Assembly (NCBI GenBank): GCA_051532035.1
Contig: JAOPTW010000013.1
Span: forward strand, 326,442-390,441
DNA length: 64,000 nt
Source: Fibrobacterales bacterium
GTDB taxonomy: Bacteria > Fibrobacterota > Fibrobacteria > Fibrobacterales > JAOPTW01
Direction: 5' to 3'
How positions within the stretch are numbered: position 1 is the stretch's first letter; each line of letters begins with the position of its first letter. The notes under the pieces were generated by a model. The model worked only from the letters and a program-made list of their open reading frames with translations, had not been told where the DNA came from and did not search any database. This document shows positions 39,750-51,244 of this stretch, piece by piece. Position numbers and translations under genes: made by a program.

Positions 39750-39818
39750 TCTGCATTTGGATACGAAATATGCAGAGTGTCTATGTGTAGTTTATTATCG
39801 AAGTTTCGAAAAAGGGCA

Positions 39819-42800
39819 TTAATTGTCCCCAGTTATTCTCATAACTTTAGACAACAGTTTGCTCAGTTCATCTTCCCTGAATGGTTTTTGGATAAATCCT
39901 GCCAAACCTGCCTCATTAAGTTCACTTAAATTTTCGTCTTTTGTAAAACCCGATGAAATGATTACTTTGCAATGAGTATCAATTTCTTTCATCTTAATAA
40001 ATGTTTCCCTACCATTCATTTCGGGCATAATCATATCCATAATCACCAAATCAATTTCCTGATACTGTTGTTTGAATATCTCTAACGCTTCTAATCCATT
40101 CTCAGCAAGGATGACTTTGTACCCCATATCTTCAAGAGAATATTTGCCCGTTACACGAATAAATTCTTCATCATCTACAAATAAAACTTGGCCGACGCCT
40201 TTTGATACAGGCTCAATTTTGCCGGCTATTTTTACCGTATCAGCTACACAAGGGAGGTAAATATGAAACACTGTTCCCTCTCCAATTTCACTACAAACAT
40301 TTATCGCCCCATTATGATCTTGAATTGTTCCATAAACTGATGCCAACCCTAAACCAGTTCCTTCACCTTGCTTTTTGGTTGTGAAAAAAGGTTCGAATAT
40401 CTTACTAATATTTTCGGGAGTAATTCCACAGCCAGTATCTCTAATGTCTATTTCAATATAATCTCCCTCCTCAATTTTAAATGGACTCGAATTGCAAAAC
40501 ATTTCATTCAAATAAATATTTCTCGTTTCGATTACTAATTCCCCGCCATTAGCCATTGCATGCGAAGCATTTATTCCAAGATTTAAAATTGAGTTTTGCA
40601 TAGCTGAGTCATCACCTGTCACCATTGGGTTTTCTGCATTTTTTGAAAGAGAAATAGTTATTTTTTTGTCAATCGTCTGATTGAAGATTGAAACGGTGTC
40701 ATCAATAATTCGATGAATATCTATTGATGTAGAAATGATTTTACCTTTTCTACCAAATGCCAACAATTTCCCCGTTAAATCTGCAGCTCTATTTGAGGCA
40801 TTGATAATCATTTCCACAAACTCCAAGCTCTTCTGGTCAAGGTTACGTTTTGGATTTAGAAGCAATTGAGCTGCACCAATTATGCCGGCAAGCATATTAT
40901 TAAAGTCATGAGCAACTCCTCCAGCCAACTGACCAATCGCATCCATTTTTCTCGCTTGGTTTAATTGTTGTTCTACTTCATACTCTTTTGTCACATCGTC
41001 AATGCGAATCACTGCACCTTCAACACCTTGGGTTATGAGTGGGTAGATTGTGATATCTTCACAGTACGTTTCCCCTTTCTCAATATGTACCTGTTTTAGG
41101 TTTGATTGCACCTTGCGTGTTTGAAATGCAAGGTCGATACGCTCTACTTCACTTATAAGACTAGGGAAAACCTCTATAAGTGGTTTGTTTAATGCATTTT
41201 CTGTAGCGATTCCTGTTTTTTGTTCAGCAGTATTGTTCCATTGGGTTATGTTGCTATCACTATCAATACCTATGAGTATAGAAGGCATTGAGTCGATAAT
41301 GTTAGCAAGATAGTTTCGCAAGTTTTGTAATTCTACCTCCTGCTTTTTACGCTCTGTGATATCGAGTACCTGCACTCCAATATTATTTTCACCCATGTTG
41401 AAGACTGCTATTTCATACCACCCAGAGAACCGGTCATCACTATAATGACTCTCGTAGATTTGTGTCTTAAGTTCTCCACGAGCTACAGCCCTATACAAAT
41501 CTGGTATATCAGTGCTTACCAGCTCTGGAAAAGCCTCTTCAATAGACTTGCCAATAAGGAACGACGAATCTATACCTGTCATCTTCTCTGCTGCTGGATT
41601 GATTTGTGTCAAGACAAGGCGATTGTCCTCTTTCAGGTGATAGATATCAACTGCTAAAGGTGTCGCTTCAAACATTGCGCGAAATCGTTGTTCGCTCTTT
41701 TTGAGATCTTCTTGAGTTGCAATAAGTTCTATTTCTGCTTGTTTGCGTTCGGTGATATCAATCGACAAACCGAGTAAGCCAATGATTTCACCTGAAGAAT
41801 TTTTATGCGGAGTAAACCAATTGTTGAAGTAGACACCACCAACCTTATGCTCCACAGCCAGACTTTCTCCCTTGAGGGCCGTCTTCAAATCGAGCACCAT
41901 CTCAGGATAATCTTTATAAATATCGAAGACCGATCCACCTACAACCTCTCCTGGTTTTAAACCTAACTTCGAAAGTCCTTTGCCTTCAGAAAGCTGAAAT
42001 ATTCCATTCTTATCAATCATGTAGATTATTTCTTCATTATTTGTAACAAGAGTTTTAAACTTTGCTTCGCTTTCTTTCAGCTCATTTTCTGCCTGTTTGC
42101 GTTCGGTGATATCATGTCCCATACTAAATACTTGGCCATTAGGAAGACTGAAGTTCGCCCACATTACGTTGAGTATCTTTCCATCTTTTGTAACGGGATG
42201 CCATTCCCTGAAATTCCCATCTGGATCACTAGTGACTGTGCGAATCACCTCTTCACACACAGCAGGATCTGGATAGAATAGCGCCATTGCAACTTCACGC
42301 TCGTTGATCTCCTCAATAGTCCAGCCAAAGGTTCTTTTACATTGCTTATTCCAAAATAAACATTTTCCATTCTCATCAAATGAGTTAATGAGTACAGGCG
42401 CATTTTCGGAAATCTTTCTAAAACGCTCTTCACTTTCGTTTAATGCTTCCTCTGCCTGTATGCGCTCAGCAACCTCTTCCATTAATGCTTCAGTATTTTT
42501 TTGTTTTTCTTCAAATAAGCGCGCGTTTTCCAACGAAATACCAACCTGAAAGGCAAGGAGATTGATCACTTGTAACCTATCGGCTGTAAATGCAGCGGTG
42601 GTTAGATTGTTTTCTAAATATAAAATGCCGTTTAGTGAACCGTGATTGAGTATGGGTAAACCGAGTACAGACTTTGGCAATTTTTTAATAATGTAGGCGT
42701 CTTTGGTAAAACCTCCTTCTTGAGTAGCATCAGTCAGCACTACACTTTCCTGGGTACGAGAAATATAATTGATAAGCGTGGCTGGAGCCTGTTCACTTTC

Positions 42801-45800
42801 TTCAATAGGAATCGCCTGCTGGACAGTAACGTTATCAAAATCAAGAGTTCCTTCTGCTTCTATCAGCCATTCACCATCTTTTTCAAGTATCAGCAACCCC
42901 CGTGTAGCTCCTGCATTTTCAATCACGATATGCATTATTTTTTTTAATAAGCTACTCAGTACAATTTCCCCGGAAAGGATTTGTGAGGCTTTCATCACGC
43001 TTTCCAGATCTAACTGTATTGATGTTGTTTGCTGGTGAGAAGGAGAATCCATCGTGGTATCAGGCGGGGAGGAAACAACCGGGACTTCCCTAGCCGAGTT
43101 TACTTTGTTATCCAAAAACTGAGGATATTGAGACTCTAAATTCTGAACTTTTACGAGTGCCCCCCATATTTGATAGCAGCGATGCGCTTCTATTAGATAG
43201 GCACGGGCAATTATTTTTCTCTCAATGCTTTGATAATACTTTGATGCCAGTTCACACGCGAGGGCTTGATACTGGACAAAATTATTTTCAAGCGATGCTT
43301 CTATAGCCCTATCATAATAAGACATTATATCTTCGATAGGCGCATTTACAATTCTACCGTACTCAGCCCTCATTAGTTCGTAAAAGTGCAAGTAGTTTTC
43401 AGGGCAATGTTGAGCCCAGGCTTCAAATCGGTTTATATTTTCACTCAGTATTTTTACGTATTGTTCTTTATGAGACTCGTCTACCAGATGATAAGTTGAG
43501 GAATACGCAATGGATTGATGAAAATAAAAAACGGGATTCAGAAATATCCCCGGTGCTCCTACCAAATAGTGTTCTGCCTGAAGGGCATACTCATTTGCTT
43601 TTTCTGAAGAAAAGAAGTTTGCCAATAATAACCTACAGATAGCATCGACAAAAGGTGTCAACAGGTCATTCTGAATTCGACATTGTTTTAAAACCTCTTT
43701 GGAATGAGGCCAATAATCCTCCGGTACAACACTCCAGTCCTCGACAGGCTCTTTAAGGTTGTGAATAGATGCACTTACAGCATAAAAGTATTGCACCATA
43801 TTTTGATCGATTTTACTTAAACCAGGTGTAATTTGATTAACTTTTTCCTCGACCTTATAGAGTGTGTCGGACCCCAAAAAGGATTGAAACAGAATATTTA
43901 TTGCACAATAACCTGCCCATTGATAGGAACCATTTTCTATTCCGCTATAATACCCTCTCAACAAATATTTTTGGGAGATATCAACTGATTTTTTATAGTG
44001 GCAAACAAAACTACCCCACATATCTAAAATTAAAGCCTCGTATGCTTTGATTTGGTATTTGTCATCATTTAATCTTAGCGAAAGCAAGCCAAACTTATAT
44101 GCAGTGTCATAATCATTTTGAAAAACCACCAGAGTAACTGAAGACAGGAAAATATATCCGACAGATGAGTGTGGGTTATTTCCATCTCTGAGAGTTATTT
44201 CGGTCATACGTACACCGATAATTGCTATTAAATTAGAACCCAAAAAATAAGCAGGAGCAAAACACTCTCTCAGCAGCGCCATTGCCTGAAGCTTTAAAGG
44301 ATCGGTCAATTCGGGAAGATGAAACAGGCTATCGGTATCCTTTCCCTGTAACATTTGATTACACCGTTTTATTTCCATTTCTACATCTTGAATATCCGGA
44401 AATGCTTTAAGTTCGATACCGAGCATACTCAGAGCCTCAACACTAATATTCAGAGAGGTAGTTAGGTCATTTTTCATGCGGTATAGTGTTGCTTTATATT
44501 CGCTAATTTTACACCGTTCGAGCAGGGTGCTGACATGATTAGAAATCTCTTCGAATGTAGCGAGAGCGTCATCCCACTGAGCATTCAAATATTCAATTTC
44601 TCCTTTTTCAAAGTAATAGGATAATGATAACTCATAATTCGTCTCCCATGAATTGTCCGGAAGAAGTGTCATTCCAGTAATTATAAAATCTAGTGCAGGT
44701 CTATATGCTGAAGACAATTTCGCTTTTTTTGCTGCTCTCAGGTTTAATCGACAGACATTTTCTTTCTCCTCCGAATCAGTAATGAAGTTTTTACCCAGAT
44801 TAAAATGTCCAACCATCCCTATCAAGGTTTCCCAAATATCATCATCAACTGTGTGCTGGCGTATAACACGGCCAATCTTGAGGTGAAGCATCTTCTTTTC
44901 TTTTTCATTAAGAAAGGAATACGCTGCCTGTTGTACTCTATCATGCAAAAACCGAAACCGTGCTTCGTGATCACCTTCCGGACTGTGTTTGATCCACTTG
45001 TAATCATCTTCAACAGGAATAATTAAGCCATCAAGTACAGCATTCCATAGCGCATCAAAGACCATGGAACTTGAATGATCATACACCAGTGATAGTAGTT
45101 TTAGATTGAACTGACTCCCAAAGCAGGCTGCAAGAGCTAGAATTTGTTGGGTTTCAATAGGAAGCTGGGAGATTCTATCCACCATCATATCAACAACATT
45201 ATTAGTGATATCCTGAGATCGAATACGTTGTACATCCCAGCTCCATTCTCTTTTGTCAAAATCAAATGCTATCAGTTTTTTCCTGACTATGGCTTTCAGA
45301 AACATATTAACAAAAAATGGATTGCCCCCAGTTTTTTCATACACAACACTTGCCAAAGATTTCGACATTTCAAGACTACTTATTGTAGAATCTGAAATAA
45401 GATTATGTACATGGGAATATTCCAATGGAGGAAGAATGATTTTGCTGAAAGAGACTTGATTTTGTATAGTATCCAAAATTCTGGGAAGTGGATGAACGTC
45501 ACTAATTTCATTGTCACGATACGCGCCAATAAAGAGTAAATAGTGAGTATCAGAATCCGTCATCATCAAGTTGACGAGATTTAACGTTGGGAGATCAGCC
45601 CACTGTAGATCATCAAGAAAAATGATGAGTGGATGTTCCTTATCACACAACGCTTTGAAAAAGTTTAGAAAGCTGAGGTTGAATCTATTTTGCGCTTCAG
45701 CGGGGCCAACCTCTGCCACGGCTGGTTGTGCGCCAATTACTAATTCAAGGTCAGGAATTACATCAAGAATGACTTGTCCGTTTATACCCACCGCATCCAG

Positions 45801-46982
45801 AATTTTTCTTTTCCAGTTTTGTAACGTCTCCGAACGTTCCTTAAGTAAAGAAAGACAAAACTCGTTAAAAGCTTGGGTGATAGCATAATAAGGTATATTT
45901 TGTTTGAATTGATCAAACTTACCGGCAACAAAATAACCGCGCTTTTCAGTCATGGGTTTATGAACTTCATGTACCAAAACGGTTTTGCCAATCCCTGAAT
46001 AACCCGCTACAATCATTACTTCGGTTTTTCCCAAACTGACCCGATCAAAGGCTTCTAATAAAGTATTGATTTCACTTTCGCGTCCATACAGTTTTTGAGG
46101 AATTTGAAATTGGCCTGAAAAATCATTGTGCCCTAATTCAAACTTCAGGCCTTTCATGTTTTGTTTGTTGGCTCTGTGTTCCTGACACTTTTCCAAATCC
46201 ACCTTGAGGCCAAGTGCCGATTGATATCGATCTTCAGCATTTTTTTCCAGTAATTTCATTATAATATCTGAAACTATCAGAGGTATATCAGTATTAATTT
46301 CACAAACAGGGAGTGGAGTTTTTGCTATATGACAATGCACCAATTCAATTGTATCGCTCGCTGTAAAAGGCAGCTGTCCGGTGAACATTTCGTAAAGAGT
46401 CGCTCCCAATGAATAGAGGTCGGTACGATAATCTATACTGCGGTTGATACGTCCGGTTTGTTCGGGGGATAAATATGCTAGTGTCCCCTCTAACTGGCCG
46501 AGATTTTTCAAAGTAACGCTCTCACTTGGCAGTCGACTTGCAATGCCAAAATCAATAATTTTAACCTGACCTGTCTGAGTATTCCAAAGAATATTGGAAG
46601 GACAAAGGTTTTTATGAATCACATTTTCAGCATGGATATGTCCTATATTTTGTGCAGTTTGTATCGCAATGGACAAGCATTCATCTAAAGTCAACATGCT
46701 TCGTTTCATATACGTATCTATCGACTCAGCAGCAATATCTTCTTCAACAATCATCAGAGTATTTCCATACTCTTCCAGGCTAAGAACGCTAATTACCCCG
46801 CTGTTATTAAAGCTTTTTGTTATTTCATATTCACTTTTAAATCGGTGAAACTCTTCTGGTGAAGGGTTTTCCGGTTGAAGTACTTTTAGTATCACCGAAA
46901 AATGATCTATTACCTGTTCTGCCCTGTATATTACCGTGCTAGAACTTTCATGTAGTTTCTCAATTATTTTGTACTTATTCAT
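39819..46982 (-). CDS. 2387-aa multi-kinase: Ser/Thr protein kinase, AAA_16/STAND-like ATPase, helical repeat region, GAF, 4-5 PAS, HisKA, HATPase_c, REC
   Basis: STK: VILKVL, HKNLCPSNILW, DFGIAS, GTLAYLSPEQ. P-loop VAGYSGIGKT with LIIFLDDLQWAD. GAF around IVLSSLLKKIM...LYLEN. Repeated PAS with ITERKQAE junctions. H-box GGVAHDFNNMLAGI. G2 GTGLGLASVYG. REC VLFVDDEEF...IMDMIMPEMNG. Confidence 0.92.
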   Translation of the reverse strand: MNKYKIIEKLHESSSTVIYRAEQVIDHFSVILKVLQPENPSPEEFHRFKSEYEITKSFNNSGVISVLSLEEYGNTLMIVEEDIAAESIDTYMKRSMLTLDECLSIAIQTAQNIGHIHAENVIHKNLCPSNILWNTQTGQVKIIDFGIASRLPSESVTLKNLGQLEGTLAYLSPEQTGRINRSIDYRTDLYSLGATLYEMFTGQLPFTASDTIELVHCHIAKTPLPVCEINTDIPLIVSDIIMKLLEKNAEDRYQSALGLKVDLEKCQEHRANKQNMKGLKFELGHNDFSGQFQIPQKLYGRESEINTLLEAFDRVSLGKTEVMIVAGYSGIGKTVLVHEVHKPMTEKRGYFVAGKFDQFKQNIPYYAITQAFNEFCLSLLKERSETLQNWKRKILDAVGINGQVILDVIPDLELVIGAQPAVAEVGPAEAQNRFNLSFLNFFKALCDKEHPLIIFLDDLQWADLPTLNLVNLMMTDSDTHYLLFIGAYRDNEISDVHPLPRILDTIQNQVSFSKIILPPLEYSHVHNLISDSTISSLEMSKSLASVVYEKTGGNPFFVNMFLKAIVRKKLIAFDFDKREWSWDVQRIRSQDITNNVVDMMVDRISQLPIETQQILALAACFGSQFNLKLLSLVYDHSSSMVFDALWNAVLDGLIIPVEDDYKWIKHSPEGDHEARFRFLHDRVQQAAYSFLNEKEKKMLHLKIGRVIRQHTVDDDIWETLIGMVGHFNLGKNFITDSEEKENVCRLNLRAAKKAKLSSAYRPALDFIITGMTLLPDNSWETNYELSLSYYFEKGEIEYLNAQWDDALATFEEISNHVSTLLERCKISEYKATLYRMKNDLTTSLNISVEALSMLGIELKAFPDIQDVEMEIKRCNQMLQGKDTDSLFHLPELTDPLKLQAMALLRECFAPAYFLGSNLIAIIGVRMTEITLRDGNNPHSSVGYIFLSSVTLVVFQNDYDTAYKFGLLSLRLNDDKYQIKAYEALILDMWGSFVCHYKKSVDISQKYLLRGYYSGIENGSYQWAGYCAINILFQSFLGSDTLYKVEEKVNQITPGLSKIDQNMVQYFYAVSASIHNLKEPVEDWSVVPEDYWPHSKEVLKQCRIQNDLLTPFVDAICRLLLANFFSSEKANEYALQAEHYLVGAPGIFLNPVFYFHQSIAYSSTYHLVDESHKEQYVKILSENINRFEAWAQHCPENYLHFYELMRAEYGRIVNAPIEDIMSYYDRAIEASLENNFVQYQALACELASKYYQSIERKIIARAYLIEAHRCYQIWGALVKVQNLESQYPQFLDNKVNSAREVPVVSSPPDTTMDSPSHQQTTSIQLDLESVMKASQILSGEIVLSSLLKKIMHIVIENAGATRGLLILEKDGEWLIEAEGTLDFDNVTVQQAIPIEESEQAPATLINYISRTQESVVLTDATQEGGFTKDAYIIKKLPKSVLGLPILNHGSLNGILYLENNLTTAAFTADRLQVINLLAFQVGISLENARLFEEKQKNTEALMEEVAERIQAEEALNESEERFRKISENAPVLINSFDENGKCLFWNKQCKRTFGWTIEEINEREVAMALFYPDPAVCEEVIRTVTSDPDGNFREWHPVTKDGKILNVMWANFSLPNGQVFSMGHDITERKQAENELKESEAKFKTLVTNNEEIIYMIDKNGIFQLSEGKGLSKLGLKPGEVVGGSVFDIYKDYPEMVLDLKTALKGESLAVEHKVGGVYFNNWFTPHKNSSGEIIGLLGLSIDITERKQAEIELIATQEDLKKSEQRFRAMFEATPLAVDIYHLKEDNRLVLTQINPAAEKMTGIDSSFLIGKSIEEAFPELVSTDIPDLYRAVARGELKTQIYESHYSDDRFSGWYEIAVFNMGENNIGVQVLDITERKKQEVELQNLRNYLANIIDSMPSILIGIDSDSNITQWNNTAEQKTGIATENALNKPLIEVFPSLISEVERIDLAFQTRKVQSNLKQVHIEKGETYCEDITIYPLITQGVEGAVIRIDDVTKEYEVEQQLNQARKMDAIGQLAGGVAHDFNNMLAGIIGAAQLLLNPKRNLDQKSLEFVEMIINASNRAADLTGKLLAFGRKGKIISTSIDIHRIIDDTVSIFNQTIDKKITISLSKNAENPMVTGDDSAMQNSILNLGINASHAMANGGELVIETRNIYLNEMFCNSSPFKIEEGDYIEIDIRDTGCGITPENISKIFEPFFTTKKQGEGTGLGLASVYGTIQDHNGAINVCSEIGEGTVFHIYLPCVADTVKIAGKIEPVSKGVGQVLFVDDEEFIRVTGKYSLEDMGYKVILAENGLEALEIFKQQYQEIDLVIMDMIMPEMNGRETFIKMKEIDTHCKVIISSGFTKDENLSELNEAGLAGFIQKPFREDELSKLLSKVMRITGDN

Positions 46983-47239
46983 AACTTCACATTAACAACT
47001 CGGACATATAAAAGAGTACCCTTAATTTGACGATTAAGCAAAATTTTTTAGCCGTTACCACTACCGATAACTCTCAGTGGCAATTGTATTGAGTATTTTG
47101 AGTATATATGTGTAACGATCTCCTCAACAAACACGTTATAACAAATCTATTTTAACCCATAGGCCCATTTACCTGTTAAAGCCCCCCATGCAGTGATATA
47201 CTATATCTCATAGAAGAGACATGACACCAAGGATTCATT

Positions 47240-48979
47240 ATGTCAATCAAGAGAAAGTTATTTGCAATAAGTTCAATAATAACCGCGGCATTATTGTGCA
47301 CAATTACTGCATTAAACATATCCGAACACTACACCCAAAAAGAGAGTCATGCGCGAACCAATCGCTACCTTTCATTTGCATTAGCAGATGAATTTCGTCA
47401 TACCTCTATGGACCTTACTCGTCTGTGTCGCACTTTTGTATCGACCGGTCATTCAAAATATAAATCCATGTATTGGGATATTGTTAATTGGCGCTCTGGC
47501 AAAATGACCCGTCCAGACTATGTAAACAATCAACTCCATCGTGGAGAAACAAAACCACAGCATGAAATCATGGTAGAACTCGGGTTTTCTAAAAAAGAAT
47601 TCGCTCTCCTCGATCAAGCAGGTAAAGCTTCACAAGGACTCATTGCCACAGAAACACAGGCTATGACGATCATAGAAAATGGAACGTTTACAAAAGGACC
47701 TTTTACCTTAAAAGAAGGTGAAACACCACGGCAGTTTGCTATGCGTATCGTATTTGACGATAACTATCATCGCGAAGTCAAAAGCATCATGAAACCCGTA
47801 GATGAATTTTTCACAGCTCTCGATATCCGTACGGGGGCCACGGTGTCTGAAGCGACCGCTAATGCCTCCTTTTGGCTTACGATTTCTATTACCTTACAAA
47901 TCATTGTAGCCCTCATATTCATTGGCTTTATTGTATACCTATGGAATAACGTACTCATGGCAATTATCGGATTAAAAAAGCAACTCGGATTTATTGCTGA
48001 AGGAGACCTCACTACCGACATCCAAGCAACACGCTCAGATGAAATTGGTGAAATGCAAACAGCTCTCAAAGAAATGGTCGCGAACTTTCTTTCACTCATT
48101 ACCAAAATAAAATCTCACTCTACCGAAATCACTGAATCATCTCAAGAGCTGAGAACCAGAAGTCAAAGTGTATTTACTTCAGCAGAAGAAATGTCATCCA
48201 ATTCATCAATCATTGTTGATAAAGCTAATGCAACGTCTTCCAACATAAATAATATTGCATCTAATACCGAAAATATGAGTGGATCAATTAACATTGTTGC
48301 CTCTGCGATTGAAGAAATGTCGAGTACGGTACAGGAGATAGCCCAGAACTGCCAAAGCGAACTCACTATCGCTTCCAATGCCAACACTCAAGTAAAACAA
48401 ACCAATGAGATGATGAAAACTCTTGAAATATCTGCGTCAGAAATCGGCAAGGTTCTTGATGTCATCAAAAACATTGCCGACCAAACAAACCTTCTTGCAC
48501 TGAATGCAACCATCGAAGCAGCCTCAGCAGGCGACGCCGGAAAAGGTTTTGCCGTAGTAGCCAGTGAAGTTAAAGAACTCGCCAAACAAACAGCGAATGC
48601 TACAGTCGAAATCGAAGCTCAAATTGCAACCATGCGAGAAAATACTAAGAATTCTGTTGCATCAATAATAGACATAACTGCAGTGATTGAAGAAGTGAAT
48701 ACCATTTCACAAACCATAGTCAGTGCAGTGGAAGAGCAGAGTGCCACTATCAATGAAATCTCATCAAACGTTGGAACTATTAACCAATCGAGCCAAGAGT
48801 CCTCGGTGAATGTACAAGAATCAGCACAGAGCTTAAAGGGTGTTTCTGAAACCATAACTCAATTCAGTGATTCTCTTACTACCATTACCACCGAAATGGC
48901 ACAAACAGAAAAAAAATCTGAGTCCCTCTCGGATATAGCCGAACAACTCGACCAATCAATTGATAAATTCAAGGTGTAG
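47240..48979 (+). CDS. methyl-accepting chemotaxis protein
   Basis: N-terminal TM, sensor region of about 190 aa, second TM, HAMP, and the highly conserved hairpin [32 protein letters not shown]. Confidence 0.92.
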   Translation: MSIKRKLFAISSIITAALLCTITALNISEHYTQKESHARTNRYLSFALADEFRHTSMDLTRLCRTFVSTGHSKYKSMYWDIVNWRSGKMTRPDYVNNQLHRGETKPQHEIMVELGFSKKEFALLDQAGKASQGLIATETQAMTIIENGTFTKGPFTLKEGETPRQFAMRIVFDDNYHREVKSIMKPVDEFFTALDIRTGATVSEATANASFWLTISITLQIIVALIFIGFIVYLWNNVLMAIIGLKKQLGFIAEGDLTTDIQATRSDEIGEMQTALKEMVANFLSLITKIKSHSTEITESSQELRTRSQSVFTSAEEMSSNSSIIVDKANATSSNINNIASNTENMSGSINIVASAIEEMSSTVQEIAQNCQSELTIASNANTQVKQTNEMMKTLEISASEIGKVLDVIKNIADQTNLLALNATIEAASAGDAGKGFAVVASEVKELAKQTANATVEIEAQIATMRENTKNSVASIIDITAVIEEVNTISQTIVSAVEEQSATINEISSNVGTINQSSQESSVNVQESAQSLKGVSETITQFSDSLTTITTEMAQTEKKSESLSDIAEQLDQSIDKFKV

Positions 48980-49252
48980 CTCCCCATTTCAATAGATGAT
49001 CAGTCAGAGTGCCGACCAGCCCTCCTCCCAATAGTGCCATTTCCATTGAGTATACATATAACCAATTGTTGTACGCTTATTTCCCCGTAGCACCCACAAC
49101 ACACCTCAATAAACTCAATGAACCCCAAATATATGTCACCAAATGTCCACAGGATCTGTGGATTTCGGCTGAAAGCTCCCTATAGTATCCTTAAAAAAAT
49201 GAATATTAAGAGAGAGCATTGGGCACATGTTACACACCATCAAGGGACACAT

Positions 49253-51244
49253 ATGACAAAGGGTTTTCTCCTGCTGTATTCGATTGCAGTTATTTCAATT
49301 TTTCAATTAAGTGCTTGTAGCAACAACTCAGATTTAGTTAACCCCTCAGAAGACATAGATACCGTATCAAGTAATGAGTTACTCAGTAATACTCATTTAA
49401 TGAGTTCGGATATCGTTCCCATAGATTCACAGGTACTCAGTAGTACTCATCAAAACCCTGATACTGTAACATTGAGTAGTGTTGCTCAGCAGAACAGCTC
49501 AGTACGAGAACTATCTTCAGCTGAGGTACTCAATCAATCGTCATCCAGTAGCGCCCTGTCTTCGAGTAGTATTGTAGAAGCGCAGGTGAGTTCAGGTTCT
49601 GTTATAATTGAGGTGGAAGATTATATTGACGCTTATGATGTAACTGTCGGTAACACCGGTAATACTTACAGAGAGGATGATGTTGACATTGGTCCTTCGA
49701 ATTCCGGTCATGTCGTTGCCTGGGTTTCTGATACTGAATGGCTAGAATATACCTTTTCAGTACCTGAGGCAGGACTCTATGATTTAACCGTCTTTACTAG
49801 TAGTAAAAATGTTAGTTCAAAATGGATTGAATATACCGTAAATGGAAGTGCAGTTGGTGAGGTTACGGTACCCACTACAGGGAGCTTTGAACAGTGGCAT
49901 GCCACAACAGTAAAAGAGGTTTCCCTTTCTGATGGTGATACTCATACCTTAAGACTCACTTTAAGAGGTGAAGGATATAACCTTGATTATATCGAAATTA
50001 AACCCTCTCAAGGTACCAAAGATACCATTCCATCTGAGAAGACTGAATTTGTTAATTGGGGACTACCTGGCCTCACTGTTCCTCATGGCTTTGGTGTTAA
50101 TATTCATTTTAATGGGAGCGAAGAACATTTTCCTCGATATCAAGAGGATCTCGACCTTATTGCCGAGGCGGGAATTAAAGTAATTCGTCAGGACCTTTTT
50201 TGGCACTGGATTGAAAATGAAAAAGGGGTATTATTTTGGGATCACTTTGATGAGCTGGTTGATGCGTGTGAACAACGTGGTTTACAGCTGCTGTTTATTC
50301 TCACTTATTCAAATCAATTGTATGAAGAGCATATTAATTCAATATACACTCAGGAAGGGCGTGATGCCTGGACGCACTATGCAACGACTGCTGTTGAACG
50401 GTATAAGGGCAAGAATATCGTTTGGGAGTTATGGAATGAACCGAATCTCTATATTTTCTGGTTGCCAGAACCTGATGTTGATGCATATATGGCACTTCTT
50501 GATCAGGCGGTACCAGCTATTCGTGCGGTGGATCCCGATGCTATTCTCATGGCATCAGCGACATCTCATATCGACCTCGGGTGGATAGAGGAGACGTTTA
50601 AACGGGGATTGCTCAATCATATTGATGCAGTATCGGTACACCCCTACCGTCATGAAGACCCAGAAACAGTTATCGGGGATTATTACAACCTCTTCAACCT
50701 CATAAATGGATATACTGGAGGTCAAGGTAAACCAGTTGTCTCAAGTGAATGGGGGTACTCAAACATCAACTGGGACAATGCTCCTCTCGATGACTGGGAA
50801 CAGGCGCGGCGTCTTGTACGAGAGCTTTTAACCAATATATCTATGGGTATTCACATAAGCATCTGGTATGACTGGATGAATGATGGAACCGACCCTGCTA
50901 ACAGAGAACATAATTTCGGATTAGTAGAAAATGATCGAGTTCCTAAGTTAGCCTATTATGCATATAAGGCCTTAAATGAAACGCTCAATGGCTATACATT
51001 TTTGAGAAGTATTGATGCGGGAACACCGGGAGTCTACTTCCTTGAATTTGGAAAAGATGATGACCGCATCTATGTCTTTTGGAAACAAGGTGCCCATGAA
51101 GTGAGAGAGATACAATCGAGTATTGGTAACGTTGAGATTGTTTCTATGATGGGTGATACACAAACGATTACCTGGACTGGTACGGCATTTTCACACTTAT
51201 TTACCAATGCTCCGCAATATATGATTGTGCCTCGTTCTCAGTAG
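49253..51244 (+). CDS. lipoprotein: Ser-rich linker, CBM6-like module, clan GH-A glycoside hydrolase (GH5/GH39-like)
   Basis: ATG 49253 gives MTKGFLLLYSIAVISIFQLSAC (lipobox). CBM6-like IEVEDYIDAYDV...EWLEYTFSVPEAGLYDL...GYNLDYIEI. Acid/base block IVWELWNEPN. Nucleophile block VVSSEWGYS. Confidence 0.8.
   Translation: MTKGFLLLYSIAVISIFQLSACSNNSDLVNPSEDIDTVSSNELLSNTHLMSSDIVPIDSQVLSSTHQNPDTVTLSSVAQQNSSVRELSSAEVLNQSSSSSALSSSSIVEAQVSSGSVIIEVEDYIDAYDVTVGNTGNTYREDDVDIGPSNSGHVVAWVSDTEWLEYTFSVPEAGLYDLTVFTSSKNVSSKWIEYTVNGSAVGEVTVPTTGSFEQWHATTVKEVSLSDGDTHTLRLTLRGEGYNLDYIEIKPSQGTKDTIPSEKTEFVNWGLPGLTVPHGFGVNIHFNGSEEHFPRYQEDLDLIAEAGIKVIRQDLFWHWIENEKGVLFWDHFDELVDACEQRGLQLLFILTYSNQLYEEHINSIYTQEGRDAWTHYATTAVERYKGKNIVWELWNEPNLYIFWLPEPDVDAYMALLDQAVPAIRAVDPDAILMASATSHIDLGWIEETFKRGLLNHIDAVSVHPYRHEDPETVIGDYYNLFNLINGYTGGQGKPVVSSEWGYSNINWDNAPLDDWEQARRLVRELLTNISMGIHISIWYDWMNDGTDPANREHNFGLVENDRVPKLAYYAYKALNETLNGYTFLRSIDAGTPGVYFLEFGKDDDRIYVFWKQGAHEVREIQSSIGNVEIVSMMGDTQTITWTGTAFSHLFTNAPQYMIVPRSQ

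Noticed and set aside
39750-39776. Hairpin TCTGCAT-N13-ATGCAGA between the convergent cyclase and megakinase genes as a terminator
   Set aside because: It is only 7 bp, with a large loop and no T-run on either strand, which is too weak to call.
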